Below are positions 45,796 to 59,640 of a DNA stretch of 64,000 nucleotides, in pieces; position 1 is the stretch's first letter, and the number at the start of each line of letters is the position of its first letter. The stretch is from positions 6,820,001 to 6,884,000 of the forward strand of contig NC_134025.1 in the NCBI RefSeq assembly GCF_964204645.1, written 5' to 3'. This DNA is from Tubulanus polymorphus. Taxonomy: Eukaryota; Animalia; Nemertea. The notes beneath the pieces are model-generated. The model ran no database searches and had not been told where the DNA came from. It saw only the letters and a program-made list of their open reading frames with translations. A program made the translations under genes and the position numbers.

Positions 45796-48126
45796 AAAGT
45801 ATTCATATATGAGAATAAGACAGCAATATGCAGATCTACAGACAATAGACTGCAGATATATACACTAGGTGTAATATTATTTTTAAACCTCCTCTTTTTG
45901 AGAATATATCTAGTTTTCTTCTACGAATTGTATATTAACTAGAACGAATATTTCAATGAATATTTGAACAAGCAATCTACAGCAAGGGTATATAAACCAA
46001 GCTAATTTTGTGCAATGTACATTTTCCTTAATTATAAACTTATCGTGGTATTCAAACATTCCGAGATCCAGTTTGCATTCAGTTTTGTAAAATGTGCCTC
46101 AATGGAGATGCCAAGTAGCAGGAAATTATTATTATTGTTGGTTGAATCAAATGTACAAATGATTTTTCATGCTTCAGGAGTGTTTTATAAGTTTGAAATG
46201 TGTGACAATGGTCGATGAGTTATTGATTTGCTACTCGAGTATATCAGCAGTACATCTGCGAAGTGTAGCGAACTGTTAAAAATGACTGTGATATGAATCA
46301 GAGATGTAACTTCATACTCACACATACTTTCAGAGGACTGTGATACTGGTACTGTGTTTCGTTGATGTAATTTAAAAGAATTGAGTATTTATCCTCCATG
46401 GATTGTTGCTTCCCAGTCCATGTACCGTATTTCATTCTATATGTACAATACATTAAGAGTTATCTTAGAGCCCAAGCCTCACTCATGCTTGCAGTACCTC
46501 ATCTGCTTCTTGTCTAAACATCAGTTTATGGTTAGATAATAACAAGAGTTTATAGTTCGATGAATTAGTTTTATATATTTGGTCTTCCATCTTTACTTTT
46601 AAGACAGTCTTCCCAATGCAAAATATATTTATAGGTCAAAATCTAAGAAATGTTATTTCTGTATGTATAAATGAAAAATGTAGAATATTGGGATCCTACA
46701 TTAGATAAAGTCAATGTAAGTACACTACTGGTAGTTATGTAACATGAAATAATTGATTTTTGATTGCTTGATGGCGTTTATTTACTCATATTATTTTACG
46801 GGTATAATATCTATTATATGTATACAATGTAGTATATTGGCTTATACATTTAAGAAATGCACAAAATTGTTGGAACTTTCAAAAATATTTCGATATTACT
46901 TGTTATTGAATAGGAATTTTCTCTTCAAGAAATGGACTATTCTTTGAATTTTTGCTATCAGAATGTTACTCGTGGAACATTCCAAGTATTTTATGGGCAG
47001 CCTGTCAACAGCTGATTAATAAATCTGACTATTTTGAATAAGCTATACTCCATACTTTCCAGTTTTTCTTATGCAATTTTGCTCCTTTCTGGTTTGTATT
47101 CTGGTAACAGATTCATGTATCTTTCTGGGATTTTTAACGATTTTTCTTGTGTTTACTATGGTTTATTACTTTCATTTACTTTTGATTGAATCCGTTTGTA
47201 TATATTCGGCCGGTTTGCTTGAATTAAGCTGTATGTACAATGTACTGAGATTTTGGTGTAAAGACTGCATATTGGTGTATCGTATTCCAGTGTACAGAGA
47301 ACTAATAAACTAGAATTATTGAAATAAAAGTATTTACAAACGTTAACTAAATTGTATGCAATAGTTTTTTATTTGGCATCTCTTTTTATTTGGGTTAATG
47401 AGGACTGAGTAAGATAAGTTTCTATTGGCCACTTAATAGTTAGGATATTTTACTCTGATGGCTGTGAAAGTTTGATATCCCCAGAATCATGTCGATGGAA
47501 GCTGTTCAGAGCAACTGCAACCAAGATTACAAGCACACTTGCTTATTCAATAACTTCAGTCACTTGAGATATGTTCCACACTATTCCAAGCCTGGAATTT
47601 GAATTCTCTAACTCCTTTCAAGTACACGTATTAAAAGGTAAAATCGATAGAAAAATTCCATACAACAGATTTTTCTTCTAGATGTTTAGTATAGTATGAG
47701 CCACATACAAAACGCCACCAATGAATCGATAACACCAGCAAATCTTGAAAAATATATCTTTATTTATTTACAGAGTATATATTTTTAAGATAAGTATGTA
47801 TAAATTTACAAACGCTCATTAAAAAACTACATGCACTACGCTTTCATATACAAGTTACAAACTTTTGCTTTAAAGTAAGAACCTCTAGGAAGTTATTCTA
47901 CATGTAGACATACCGGTACATTAATTTGTATGAAAACAGTATTTTCATTTATACATTGTCTATGACTTTAATGCTGAGAAGATTTTTATTCATTCTTGCA
48001 TTCTTGTACATCGGCTTGCACGTACAAGAAATTCATGACTGAAAATAATACTGGCGACTACAGTTTTCTATTTTGAAGTACAAGATTTGATTCAACAGGA
48101 GACATTTCCTTCCCTCACTTAAAAGA

Positions 48127-49325
48127 TCATCTACGTTTCTGAAATTCGTGCCTCAACCACTGAGAATCTTCATAGAATCTGTGATCGCCAAGACGCAATG
48201 CAGTCCTCTTGTAGAAATAGTAATACAATACAGCAACTGAAATAGAGATGTACATTTACATGTGATCTAGCTGTCTCAACAAATTTCCCCATTTTTCCCC
48301 TGATTTTTAGCTTTTTTACAAAATTCCCTGACTTAACCCTGATTTCCAGGTAAGTGTCCACCCTGTTCAAGATCAATAAAGAATTGTCTATGCTGCTTTA
48401 TTCTCTTCATGAATTTTGAAAGTAATGTTCAAAATACAATACAGTGTATACCAAATACATTGAATAGTAGGAATACTGACCTGATTTTTGAATTACGTAC
48501 AAAGCACTAAGACCATCATTCCAAACATAAGCATTTGGGTTGTCCCAACGTAACGTCTAGAATATAGAATCCAGGATCATATGAATGAGAAATGGAGTAG
48601 TTTAATAAAGAACATTTTAGCCGAGGTTAAGGTACTTACCACGGTCCATATATGTAACCCGATATTCAACGCTAAATACACAAACGTGACAATGATGGTA
48701 ATTTTAAACTTTTTGATAAGAATTTGAACTAGACCGGCTTGGAAGATGTAGGTATTGAAGAACATCAAAAATACAACAATTACAGCGAATACTATGCATA
48801 CATCCTGTAACCTGCAATAGAGTAAAACAATGAATGATGTGTTTCACTTTTGGTAAAAGTTATCCTTCTCATTGAAAATGAATCTAGCCTGGATAAGTCT
48901 CCAACTGTACAGTGAATTCGTGAGAGGTGTCATGGATCTGTACGAACGACTCACAGGGATTTGTTACAATTGATAGTAAATGAATAAAACCAGTATCAAT
49001 GACCAATCCCAGTATCCCTGTATAATAAAAAAACATTTTTTATTATACAGGGATACTGGAGTTGGTCATTGATACCGGTTTTATTCATTTACTATCAATT
49101 GTGACAAGTCCCTGTGGAACGACTCCATGAGGATGGAATGATATTTACGAGGCTTCTTCGAGGCTTTGAATTTATTAACTCATTCATTGAGTACACTTAC
49201 ACATATAACACGAGGATTATGACGTTTTCAAATCGTAACATGTCCATAAAACAGTTCAAGAAAATATCGATGAATATCAGCAAAAGCTGTAGATAAAGCA
49301 CTGGACGATACCGACTGACCAACAT
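48127..49325 (-). CDS. TMEM138: Transmembrane protein 138 (ciliary)
   Basis: Exons 49325-49201, 48811-48640, 48556-48481, 48236-48127. [16 protein letters not shown]..., [54 protein letters not shown] match the TMEM138 pattern. Confidence 0.93.
48953..49116. mobile_element. About 164-bp palindromic insertion in TMEM138 intron 1
   Basis: About 80-bp inverted arms (acagggatttgttacaattgatag... / ...ctatcaattgtgacaagtccctgt) flanked by 9-bp direct repeat gaacgactc (48944-48952, 49117-49125). Confidence 0.8.
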
Positions 49326-52300
49326 CTTTAATTACTGCTTTTTTCTGAAATGAAAGATGGACATCTTTTATTTATAGCCTATCCATGCAGTTTCTGATTG
49401 ATAACAATCGTCATCATCAAATCATGTCAAATGAATGAAACTTGTTGAAAGAAAAAACAGAAATCAAAATCTTCATTCAGATTCAACTGAAAACAAACTA
49501 AGTTTGACACACTAATGTGCTAAAACAACATTACTATAGGCCCTAAATATTTTCTTCACCTACCTACACTTATTCACTCATCTAGAAAATCAAACAGACC
49601 TAAAATAAGGAAAAAGCCACTAAAAATTCTGTTGGTGACATATTTTTTGTTTATTCCAGTAGTCAAGCAGTGCAATTTCGTCGCAACAGAACCAGTTATG
49701 ACTTTTTACTATACCATGTGATGATATATTTACCTAATACATCTCGTATCAAAATTAAGAAATTTGAAAAATATATTAATCGAAAGACGATGAGGATCTG
49801 TTTTACCAAAGGCTGTTAAAAACAATGAGCTATAATAGATTTTCAACAATTTACGCAACAGTATATCAACTACCGGTACTACTTCTCGAGTTTTGCGGTC
49901 ACATGAGTTTACGAGTAGAAAAATGTCAAATAGCAGCACTTTACGAGTTTGAGTTTCAATTTCACACACGCAGTTACCGCTGGATGTCGTTACCATCGAT
50001 TGTAAACAACGACGTTGACGTAAGTTTATTTTCTTTAGAAAAAACGTGCATTTAACCGTTAATCTAATTTGACAAGATTACTTATGCATCTTATTTTTAC
50101 AAACTAACCATAAATCAGATTAAACCATCTTTTGTAAACTTTAAGGTTGATTCTTATCGGCTTTCTTGCGGCAGTGCCTTCCAGTTCCAGTTGCTTGGTT
50201 TCAAAGTTCAATTCAATAGTATTTTATTTGACGTATTTACTAGGCGTGTTGAATAGACTGAGGAATGAATTGGACATGCAAGATCTCTGTACTGCATGTT
50301 CCTTTTAGTTTTCATATTCCCTTTAGTTTAGTTACTTTTATTGAAGTAGACTGGGTCGAATGAGACTATAAAGCTAATAAGCCTAGAAGGGCTTACTCTC
50401 GAAGCATATTGTTCAATAATTAGTCAGTAACATTGTTGTCTCCTCCATACACAGTAGGTCCTTTATTTGAATAATGTGATTCTCCACTCTCTTACTAAGA
50501 CGACCAAATTTGTCGGGTCAGTTCCTTTAGGCCCCTATAATTTTTGTTCGAAAGCTCTACATTGTATTTTTTTCATTTTGTATAAGCCCAGACCTAAGGC
50601 TTATTGAGGGAGACACGAGCTAAATGTCTTTTCTGAAAACCACAAACGAATTATTTACATTTATTAGGCTAATGTCTTGAGGTTATTAGTCCGAAAATAC
50701 ATGGGGCAATTAGCTGTAGATTTTTATTAGCTGGTGTTACCATGACATGACTTCTAATGAGTATTCAGCACTGAACCATGATGAACTGATATTACCAGAA
50801 TGACTCAGAAATTGATCTTGTCGGCTCATGATACGGTAATCATTTCTAACTGTACAACAAACTTGCTCAACTGCGAGTTAGCCTATTTTGTATTAGCATA
50901 CTCCGGGAATCTCCATCCTTTTTAAGCAGTCATATGAGAAGCGTTTCTGAATAAAGCAAGTTTTATTGTATGCTTCCTATTTGGTGACTTTCTTGATATT
51001 TCAGAGAAATAGCTTTAATACGCTGTAGAAGGCCTATTACTAAAGTAGCTGCAGGCTCAATAAACTGACTGAAATATAGCCGTAATAAACTGATGCTTGG
51101 CTGCTAGTCATTAAATCACGGGTGTAAACCAGTTTATATCCATGAGGCAGTACTTTGTTCACTCTTTGTTTGTTGTGTATATATTCGAGATTGGTTGTTT
51201 ATGGTTGCATAACTTCGTCACCCATCAACCCGATACATGCATGACCGATTTTATTCGCGGGAATTCGCTGAAGCATTCACTGTCGCCATGGCGCAGTATA
51301 TGATCCGACTCACATTGTTCATCAATCAATCACTCCTCCACCCGACACTCTTACTGGTCGTACTGGTCGTTGGTGATGTTTTCATCATGACTAGATATAT
51401 GTTTGTTTGAACAAATATTTACCAGTTTGTTTGAAGAAATATTTACCGTATGATGTTGGAATATTCGAACAACATCTATGAGGCCGTAGTTTTTTATTAG
51501 GCCGACCGGTACCTGAGATGACTTAAAAAAATCAGCATATCGGTGAACTGATGAAAGAAATGAATACCAGTATCTAGTCTTGCTAGAGAAAATTACAGGT
51601 TTTAGCATGATCCAACTAAATCATTTTCTGAAGAATCTGTGAACGCATATCTCCAATCATGTAAAATCTTTTTAATCATGTGCCTGTCGTCTATTTGTAA
51701 ACGTACTTAAATGTTAGTTTTACGACACGGTGACTTGCAAAGTACGGAACTCGAGAACACTGCATCGTATAGCTCGAGATGAAGTATGTTGGTTACTTGT
51801 GTTGGTTTTAAGACGTGTCATGAAGTTGACTTGAATGACTTCGAATGTTCTAGCTAGGTACAGATCTTGAGATTTCTTGTGGATGCATTATGTATAACTT
51901 GAGATGAAATGTGTTGTTTGCATATCAATTTGTGGACAACTTCATGTGACAAATAACAGACGCTCTCGTGTGAGGTGTGCCTTCGAGCTAGCAAAGCTAA
52001 TTATCATTTTTAGACTCTGACGTTTTTTTTTTTAATTCCTAGTTCGAACAAAGTATTACTTCAAATTTGTCTGCTGGTAATTGCATTTCTGATTACTTGT
52101 TATTAGATAATGGGTTCGTTATAATGATGCTTCATCTCAATAATGATTGATGTACGTGCCCTGATGGCATTAATCTCAAATTCAATTTAAAGTCCAATAT
52201 TTCTGTTTTAATGGAGTTATTTTTTATATGAAATCGATGGGTTAAAGAATTTTCCCTCCTTGAGTAAGCGATAACAATTTGATAACATAGGCTGACATGA

Positions 52301-53755
52301 ATCAGAAATTTCTTTTAAGTTTGTATAATAGTCTACTCTATTTCTACCCTCATTGTGAAAGCTATTCAGTTTTCTTTCATTTTCAGATTGATGGTTTGCT
52401 GATTTAATTGCTCAACTGGCATTTTTCTGGTAAGTATTGCGCCTAAATCTTTTGAAATCACTATGATTCCATTTTAGTTCTGACGATCAAATCGTATTGC
52501 AAATCAGATAGTACAGAATATCTGACGTCAAAGGATCAGTAATCTTTATCTGTGATTCTCAGCAGCCTTTTGTAAGCTTTAGTATGACACTTGTTTCAAG
52601 TCACACAGGTCTTATCATTCTCACGCGATGTTTTAGCGAATCTGAATGAGTGCTCTCAGTAAGGATGTACTGAGAGACTACGCAGCTACGGTTTTATTCA
52701 CTTATCCATCATGTGTATCAACTGGCAAATTTGCTGGTCGTGCTGATTAGCAATTTTGTATTCTTCGTCTGTATCCTTCTCATTAAATTAGTTTCTTGCC
52801 CGAGACCATAGTAATGTTTTGCAAATAGATATCAATCAGCACCAGTAAGTCGATCTATGGTCGGCATCAAAAACTGATTTTCCCGTAAAGATATGGTTTT
52901 TTACTCGCGAGACATGTGGTATAGTTAGTACCTTTCTCATGATTGCTGTCTCGTATCATTACTGAGTATCGGATAGGACGAGGATGTGCTGCGGCTTTTG
53001 AGGCAGCTGTGAATTAATGCGATTAATACACGAAACGAAAGCCGCCTCGAAGGCACGAGATTCTATCCTTCGCCGTTCGTTCTCCCGACAGTAATCTATT
53101 GTTTTAATACTGTTGACTTCATTACCGCGGCGTTTGAAAATCCGGTTAACTGTTTCTGCGAATTTGCGTTATTCGACAGCTTGACTCCGTCGGGATTTGT
53201 TGAAATGTCTTTTGTTTTTCGCATCAGCGAATCCTGTCAGTAAGCGGTTGAATTAGTAATATGCAGCATCTGGGAAATTCACGTCAATTCGCATCGGATT
53301 TTGTTGTCCGATTCTCTGGGTGCGGCGATGATACCAGTGAATTATAGAATAAACTAATGCAAAAATACACGCAGTTAACTCTCCGGTGAGGTGGGTTTGT
53401 GTGCGCTTCATGAGGTCTGGCTTCATTCCCCAGATAGTTATTTAAAAATTATAGGGCCAGATTACGCCGTGCCGGGTCTACGCAGGAAACAAATTACGGG
53501 GCGACGAAATATTGCGATGGATGCAATTACACTCGATCTGTGCCAGGCCACCGTAGCATTCCAGTTACCAACACTGCATATCAGATTTCCCATCGACAAG
53601 TTGGACAATATAAGTTTCTATTGGTACTGATTTCCCCATCCATTACCCAATACAGCTTGATGTGTTCCTAATGTAGCCTATGATTTTGTGTCTGAGTATT
53701 GCGTTGATAGTTGCTAAATAATGTCATCGATCATAGCTGTATTTCTAGTCATTCA

Positions 53756-54037
53756 CAGGGTGGCCACTGTCCTAGAAAACCTGGAAAACTCAGGGAATCA
53801 GAAAAAAATCGGGGAAACAGACAAATTTGGCTAAAAACCTGGAAAACCAAGGAACTTGGATAATGCTATTGACCACGTGTTCGTCTATGAGTACGAGATT
53901 CAATGAAAATTGAATAAATTGTAACGTTTTGAATTTAGATTTTTCTCTGATTCACTCAGGGAATGTTGTGTAATCGCAGGGAAAAATCAGGGAACACTCA
54001 GGGGATTTGTAAATGGTTGGAAAGTGGCGCCACCCTG
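53756..54037. mobile_element. hAT-like MITE (CAGGG...CCCTG ends)
   Basis: cagggtggccac ... gtggcgccaccctg with ATTCA on both sides; internal CAGGGAA/CTGGAAAA repeats; related fragment at about 48285-48365. Confidence 0.7.
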
Positions 54038-56838
54038 ATTCACAGACCTGTAGCCAGCCTTTGGTTCAATTTTCACAAAAGTGGGTTTTTTGTAAGGTTC
54101 ACATGCAAAATGGTGTAGATTTACTCACAAGTCAAATTTTGGGTTCCAACTGGGTTGAAATTCTATGCTTTCAGTGTTATCATAGAGGAGTGGTGTAGCA
54201 AAGTAAAAAAGTGGAAAATTATTCCTCAACTTTCTAGAATATGAATCCATCATTGGCATCGATTGAATAAAAATTTCAGTCCTACTGGGAATCAGGAAAA
54301 TTAACATTGAAAATAATTTGCATGCTATATTTTATAAACTCTGGAGACTTGGTTTGCTCCTAGTCTATACGTTTATTTCCCAAAAGACTGAATTAATTAG
54401 CTGTACGCTTGTTGAGCGCTATTGTGTCCCTTAGGTTCCTGCATGTCGCTGACAATATTATTATATCATAGCGAAACGGGGTCCTGCCTTAATTTACAGA
54501 ATGTAATTTTTTAAGGGATAGGGATTTTCTGTACGGCGCAATATTGGCCGATTCACTCGCCGGGAAATGTATGAATAACGAGCGACAATTTGTTTGGACA
54601 GAAGTGTCCTGAAAATCAGCCCATCTGAGCAAGCAATATATATGCAGATTACGTAAACGGTCGAAACAGTAACTGTTTACTATCTTCCGTGCGGATTGAT
54701 GGCTATAATTTGGTCACAATCCTGAAATTAAGGATGGTACTGCAGTTCGTGTACCGGAATTAATGCTGTATTTGATACTGGTATTTTCTGTTCAGCCAAG
54801 TCGAGCTCGCGTGTTTACATTTTCGGATATATCCTTGTATGATACATTTTGTAGCTATTGCATCGATGGCGTGTTTTTCGTGGTTAGAACATTTTTAGGC
54901 ATAGCGGATATTTGCATATACGCTTTCGGCCTGCCGCTATCAGGCTATTGGAAGATTGTCGAGAAAGTTGGCTATCGAGGTTTACCCAGGAGACTCTTGA
55001 AACTGTCGATGAGCTTAGTCAAGCGTGACTGCGCTGACCACATAAATGGATTAAAACCTGCACTAGTTGGTCATTAATTATCATTTAATGCTCCTGTGGG
55101 ATGTATTGTCGATAGCTGGATTGTGGTTGGATGGTCAAGCGTTTGTTCGGGTAGAAATCTTCGTTTTATTAGTCATATACATGACAAACAATCACGCACT
55201 TGACCCATTTTAGAGATAGAATATGTGTAAGTTTCCTTTTCAAAAACTGTCGGAATGTTCTTACGCTGTTTTCTTCTTTCTAAGGCTACCACATGATCAT
55301 CATGCATCTGATGCAAATGATTCTATGGTAGGTTTTTGGCCTGTCCGACTTTCTCATGAAAGCCATCACTTAGCAATTCGTTCAATTTTGTTGGCTTGTG
55401 AATTAAGCATGCAAATGTTTTGACATCAATGCTACTAAGAAAATAACAATCATATCCATTTCATCAGATATCAATACAGCACAGATATTTTCTTGTCCAT
55501 GTTTTCATCAATTTTCCTGAGTTGTGATTTGCTTTTTCTCGATCTCATGAATAATGAATATCACGACAAGTTGTTCAGTATTAAGAGATCCTAATTGCAT
55601 TGTGCGCCAAGTAGAAAAAGTCCACTTCACATGTTTCAGTTATTTTTGGCACAAAGGTCTTATAAGATGGCTTTTAGCAGTGCACATTTTCATAACAAAA
55701 TGGCATTAAACTTATTATAAATATGGAAACAATTTAGTATTCCATGGATCTGACTTTGCTTATTGGAGGTTCATGGCATTCTTGATATTTTAGGCTTTAG
55801 GCCGGGGCAAACATGGATGAAAATCAAAATGGTTAGCTATATTTCAAGGCATATTATTGTACTTAGGCTTTTGAAATGTAAATCCATATAGATAGCGGAA
55901 AACCCTGGCAATTGTAGTACCATTCGTCAAATTTGTTACCTGTACTACGTACGGACTTGAAAATCAGACTGATACAAAGAATGGATTGGGAGCCATTAAC
56001 GTATACAGTTATCAGACTGTCAATAGTTTTACATTATACATTCCACTCGATAGTCTACATTTCCTATGGAAAATTGGCTGCTGAAGTATTATTCATTGCC
56101 TGATGGTATTGGTTTTTCTGAAATTGGTGTAATTTTTTGGATATCTATCCGTCGTTCAATGCGCTGTAGATTTATGACGACGTTAATGCTCAAATTATAT
56201 TTTCATGGTCAAAAAGCCGCGTTCGTCGGTGCTACCGATATTTACAATGACAGCCCAATTTGTCTACGTAGACCTGACGCGGCGAATTCGTATGCACGAC
56301 TCGTATGTGATAGCGCCCGTAGGGAGTAGTCGGCAGTATAAGATTATACGTTAACATGCGAGATATGATCTTTAGGCGCCCATCGGTTGACAGATTGTTG
56401 TCGAACCTATCGACAAACAGGTCCTGAGCCACGCTTCATGGCGCATCAAATTACATTCGTAATAGGGAAATCGAACTATCCGAGCTGTCTGTATAAACCA
56501 GTCATAGCTCTATAGCCGCGATCACACGGAGAAGATTTAGCCCAGGCCAAAAATGCTCGTGTGATCGCAACTTATGCATTTCAAATGTGTCGGACTGATG
56601 GAATGATTTAAATTTTGATTACAAAAATATGCGTAGAAAGCGTTATCAATGATATTAAAAAAGTCGAATTAGTCAAATTCATTTTAGGAAGCGTTATAGC
56701 TGATTTTTCAATCAGGTACTGCGGTAAAACGATAATCACACTCAAATGTGGTGAACGGATAATAAGATAAAAACCCACTATCAACAGATCAAAAGAATTA
56801 TAAAACCAAGAATTCGAACAATCTAAAATATATAAAAT

Positions 56839-56880
56839 ACACAACGTTTCGATCTCATCCTAGAGATCATCGTCAGGTGT
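56839..56880 (-). ncRNA. Minimal type I hammerhead ribozyme (- strand)
   Basis: acac-CTGACGA-t-GATCTC[taggat]GAGATC-GAAAC-GTT-gtgt. Confidence 0.75.
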
Positions 56881-56895
56881 GACGATGATCTGATG

Positions 56896-56933
56896 ACCTG
56901 ACGATGATCTCTAGGGTGAGATCGAAACGTCGT
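56896..56933 (+). ncRNA. Minimal type I hammerhead ribozyme (+ strand, stem I truncated)
   Basis: ac-CTGACGA-t-GATCTC[tagggt]GAGATC-GAAAC-GTC-gt with a canonical GUC cleavage triplet. Confidence 0.7.
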
Positions 56934-59223
56934 GTATTCTATATATTTCAGATGGTTCGAATAAATAAATTCTTTTTTTTAGAATTCTTTTAATCTGTAG
57001 ATAGTGGGTTTTTATCTTATTAGGTACTGCGGTAATTTTCCGACAAACGCGTTATAGACAAGATTGTTTTTCCGAAGTTAATTGCAAATTCCTTGTAGCA
57101 AAAATTCAAATTTTTGCTTGTAGGCATTAAGATAAATAAGACAGTATTAGGCGGTTAACACGGTAATAATGATATCACACTCAGAGAGCTTCATCGTTAG
57201 TGATTTACTGGTTTTCTTTTTGTCCGTGATGTCCATGTCATCAGCGGCTAAGCGGCAGATATTGAGATAACTATTACTCGTTGTAATTTCATACTCGGCA
57301 GTTATCCGCACGTATCCCGTGGCTTTCGTAAATTCAACCATCAAATATCGTTATTTGCTATAAGACGATGGATGACATCCTCATCGAACCGGCGGTTATT
57401 GGATAAATGTTGCCCGTATCCATAAAAAACTGTTTCGTTTCTTCGGGGCTCGCGGGAGGTCTACGCTTGTTTCGTAGCGTCACGGTTTGCTTGATCGGAG
57501 TGTCTCGCTCGGCGTGGATATCCGGCATGCGGCGAATGTTGAAATATTCACGATCATGTTGCCGCGTTATCAACCGGCCCCAATTGCGAGGGAATCAGTG
57601 ACGTGCGATCGCGTTACCACCGGTGCGCGAGGGAAGTATGCGAAAATTCCACTCAGATGTGGAAGATGAGCGCGAACGTTTTATCGGTGTTTCGACGCAA
57701 TCGACGCTAAAGAGATCGTTGAGTTGATGCGCGATATCGTTCCTCTCATTCACCACTTCCGCTGGCGCGCAGTGTGCCTAGAAATATCATACAATTTCTT
57801 ATCACGACGTTTTGAAAAATATTAGCGATTTATTTATTCAAACCAGAGTATCTCTGGGACCGTTGAGTGATTTCGTTGAATTATGCTGTTTCTGACTTGT
57901 GTTTTGATGAGTATGCAGACTATTAACAGCAAATCTGTATTCGATGAATAGATTTTGTGATTAAAAAGCGCCGATTCTTGAACTCGTTCTAAAATGCTTC
58001 GTTTTTTATTGTAGTGATAGATGCATTCGCTGGCAGCTTGTCATAGATTAGATTTTCATTCGGAGATCTTCGGAATATTCATATAGAGACCATTAAAGGT
58101 AAGGCAACCAGATTTGATCGTAACCTGAAAGAACTCTTGTGATGTATTCGTGTTAGCTGTGTTAACCTTTTCGTGAAATGATTTCCTCTTTTTTAAGGAA
58201 AATGGCTGCTCAAAATTATCTGTAAGTATGCTCAAAGTGCATCAAATTTCGCTCTAATTAAATCTCTTTTTTCTGATATGAGTTGAATGTGACTGGAAAA
58301 ACCCTAGATATATGATATTACAATATATATTTTAAAAATGCTTGAAATTGTATGACGACTTTATTTTGATATAATTTTACTTAAACTTCACTTTAATTTA
58401 TTTCTAACTTCATAAAAATGAGGTTTACATGAAAGTTAATTTCAAATGGGACATAAAAACTATCGTAGAAAATCATGGACTAACATCATTGAATTCAAGA
58501 GATTGTAGTCATTATGTTTTGAAATATCATAATCCAGGACACACTTTAGCATCACTGAAATTTTGAAGACGTAAGACCTAAGATTGATTTCAAATAAAAA
58601 GACGACGGTCGAAGAATTCGCCAGTGATACGTTTCGAGTACATTTCGACATCGATTTTTCTCATTCGGTCGAATTTGTTGCTTCTAGTGTTGACACACTC
58701 ATAAGATGCTACTCATGTTCCTCGAGAACCGTACGGAGTGTATTCCCCATTGAGCGCAGCGTATAAACCGTGCCGCTTCGACTGAAAATCAGGGAATACA
58801 TGAACTCAACAATATTGACTTCGATGATAAATGAAAGATTCAGGCGATAATTACTGACAATCTAATTAACTTGTCTCGTCCGCAGTAATTAATTTGCTTG
58901 AGCAAATAGTTCATTATGACTGATGATGTTTGTGCTGAAATCTTTATGAAAATTTATATCTGCTTCGGGGCTCGTGCGGATTTACCATCAGTTTTGTCTC
59001 AATTTATGATATTCAGATTGCATCATAATCACTGTTTTATACAGCTGATTATAGCTAGTCGTTCATTCAGTAATACCATTGGCATCATATTATACATTAA
59101 GTGCATTTTGTCAGGGTTTCCGGCTTTATGAATATGACGAGATGGTAATAATCAATGTAAAATCGATTTAAATCAGTTTTTTTCATGGTTTATGCTAAAA
59201 TAATGATGAAACACCTCGTTGCC

Positions 59224-59287
59224 ATGATATGATATGATATGATATGATATGATATGATATGATATGATATATGATATGATATGATAA
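59224..59287. repeat. (ATATG)n pentanucleotide microsatellite
   Basis: atgat/atatg repeated about 12 times. Confidence 0.95.
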
Positions 59288-59640
59288 TATGGTATGATTT
59301 ATTTTCAAGTAAAATTTTTACAGAATTTAATGAATAGGCAAATACATTAAAAACGTAATAATATTAAATGAAGGACTGCTTTGAAGCAACAGTTACCTTA
59401 TACAAGAAAGCAGCCCTAGAATAAAAAGAAAAAAAAACGACATAATAGGAATTCTTCTTAATCCTTGAATTCTAACTTGTAAAAGACGAAAATAGATTTG
59501 TTCGTAGACAATTGACATCGTAGACAATTTGCTTCCTCGTGCGAATTACATAACGCAACAGTATCTCTAAATGTGTTGTAACATCATTTTTAGCACACGG
59601 CTGTAGTTAATTTTTTTCTTTATCTTCCTCGCTTTGCAGG

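Larger units (their letters stand above)
56728..57021. mobile_element. Penelope-like inverted pLTR insertion with hammerhead ribozymes on both strands
   Basis: 14-bp TSD aggtactgcggtaa (56714-56727, 57022-57035); about 120-bp inverted arms plus a 33-nt one-sided tail (56728-56760). Confidence 0.75.

Noticed and set aside
50100-59600. Short ORFs between TMEM138 and the DUSP coding exon
   Set aside because: No recognisable domains or consistent splice chains; treated as intronic or regulatory DNA.
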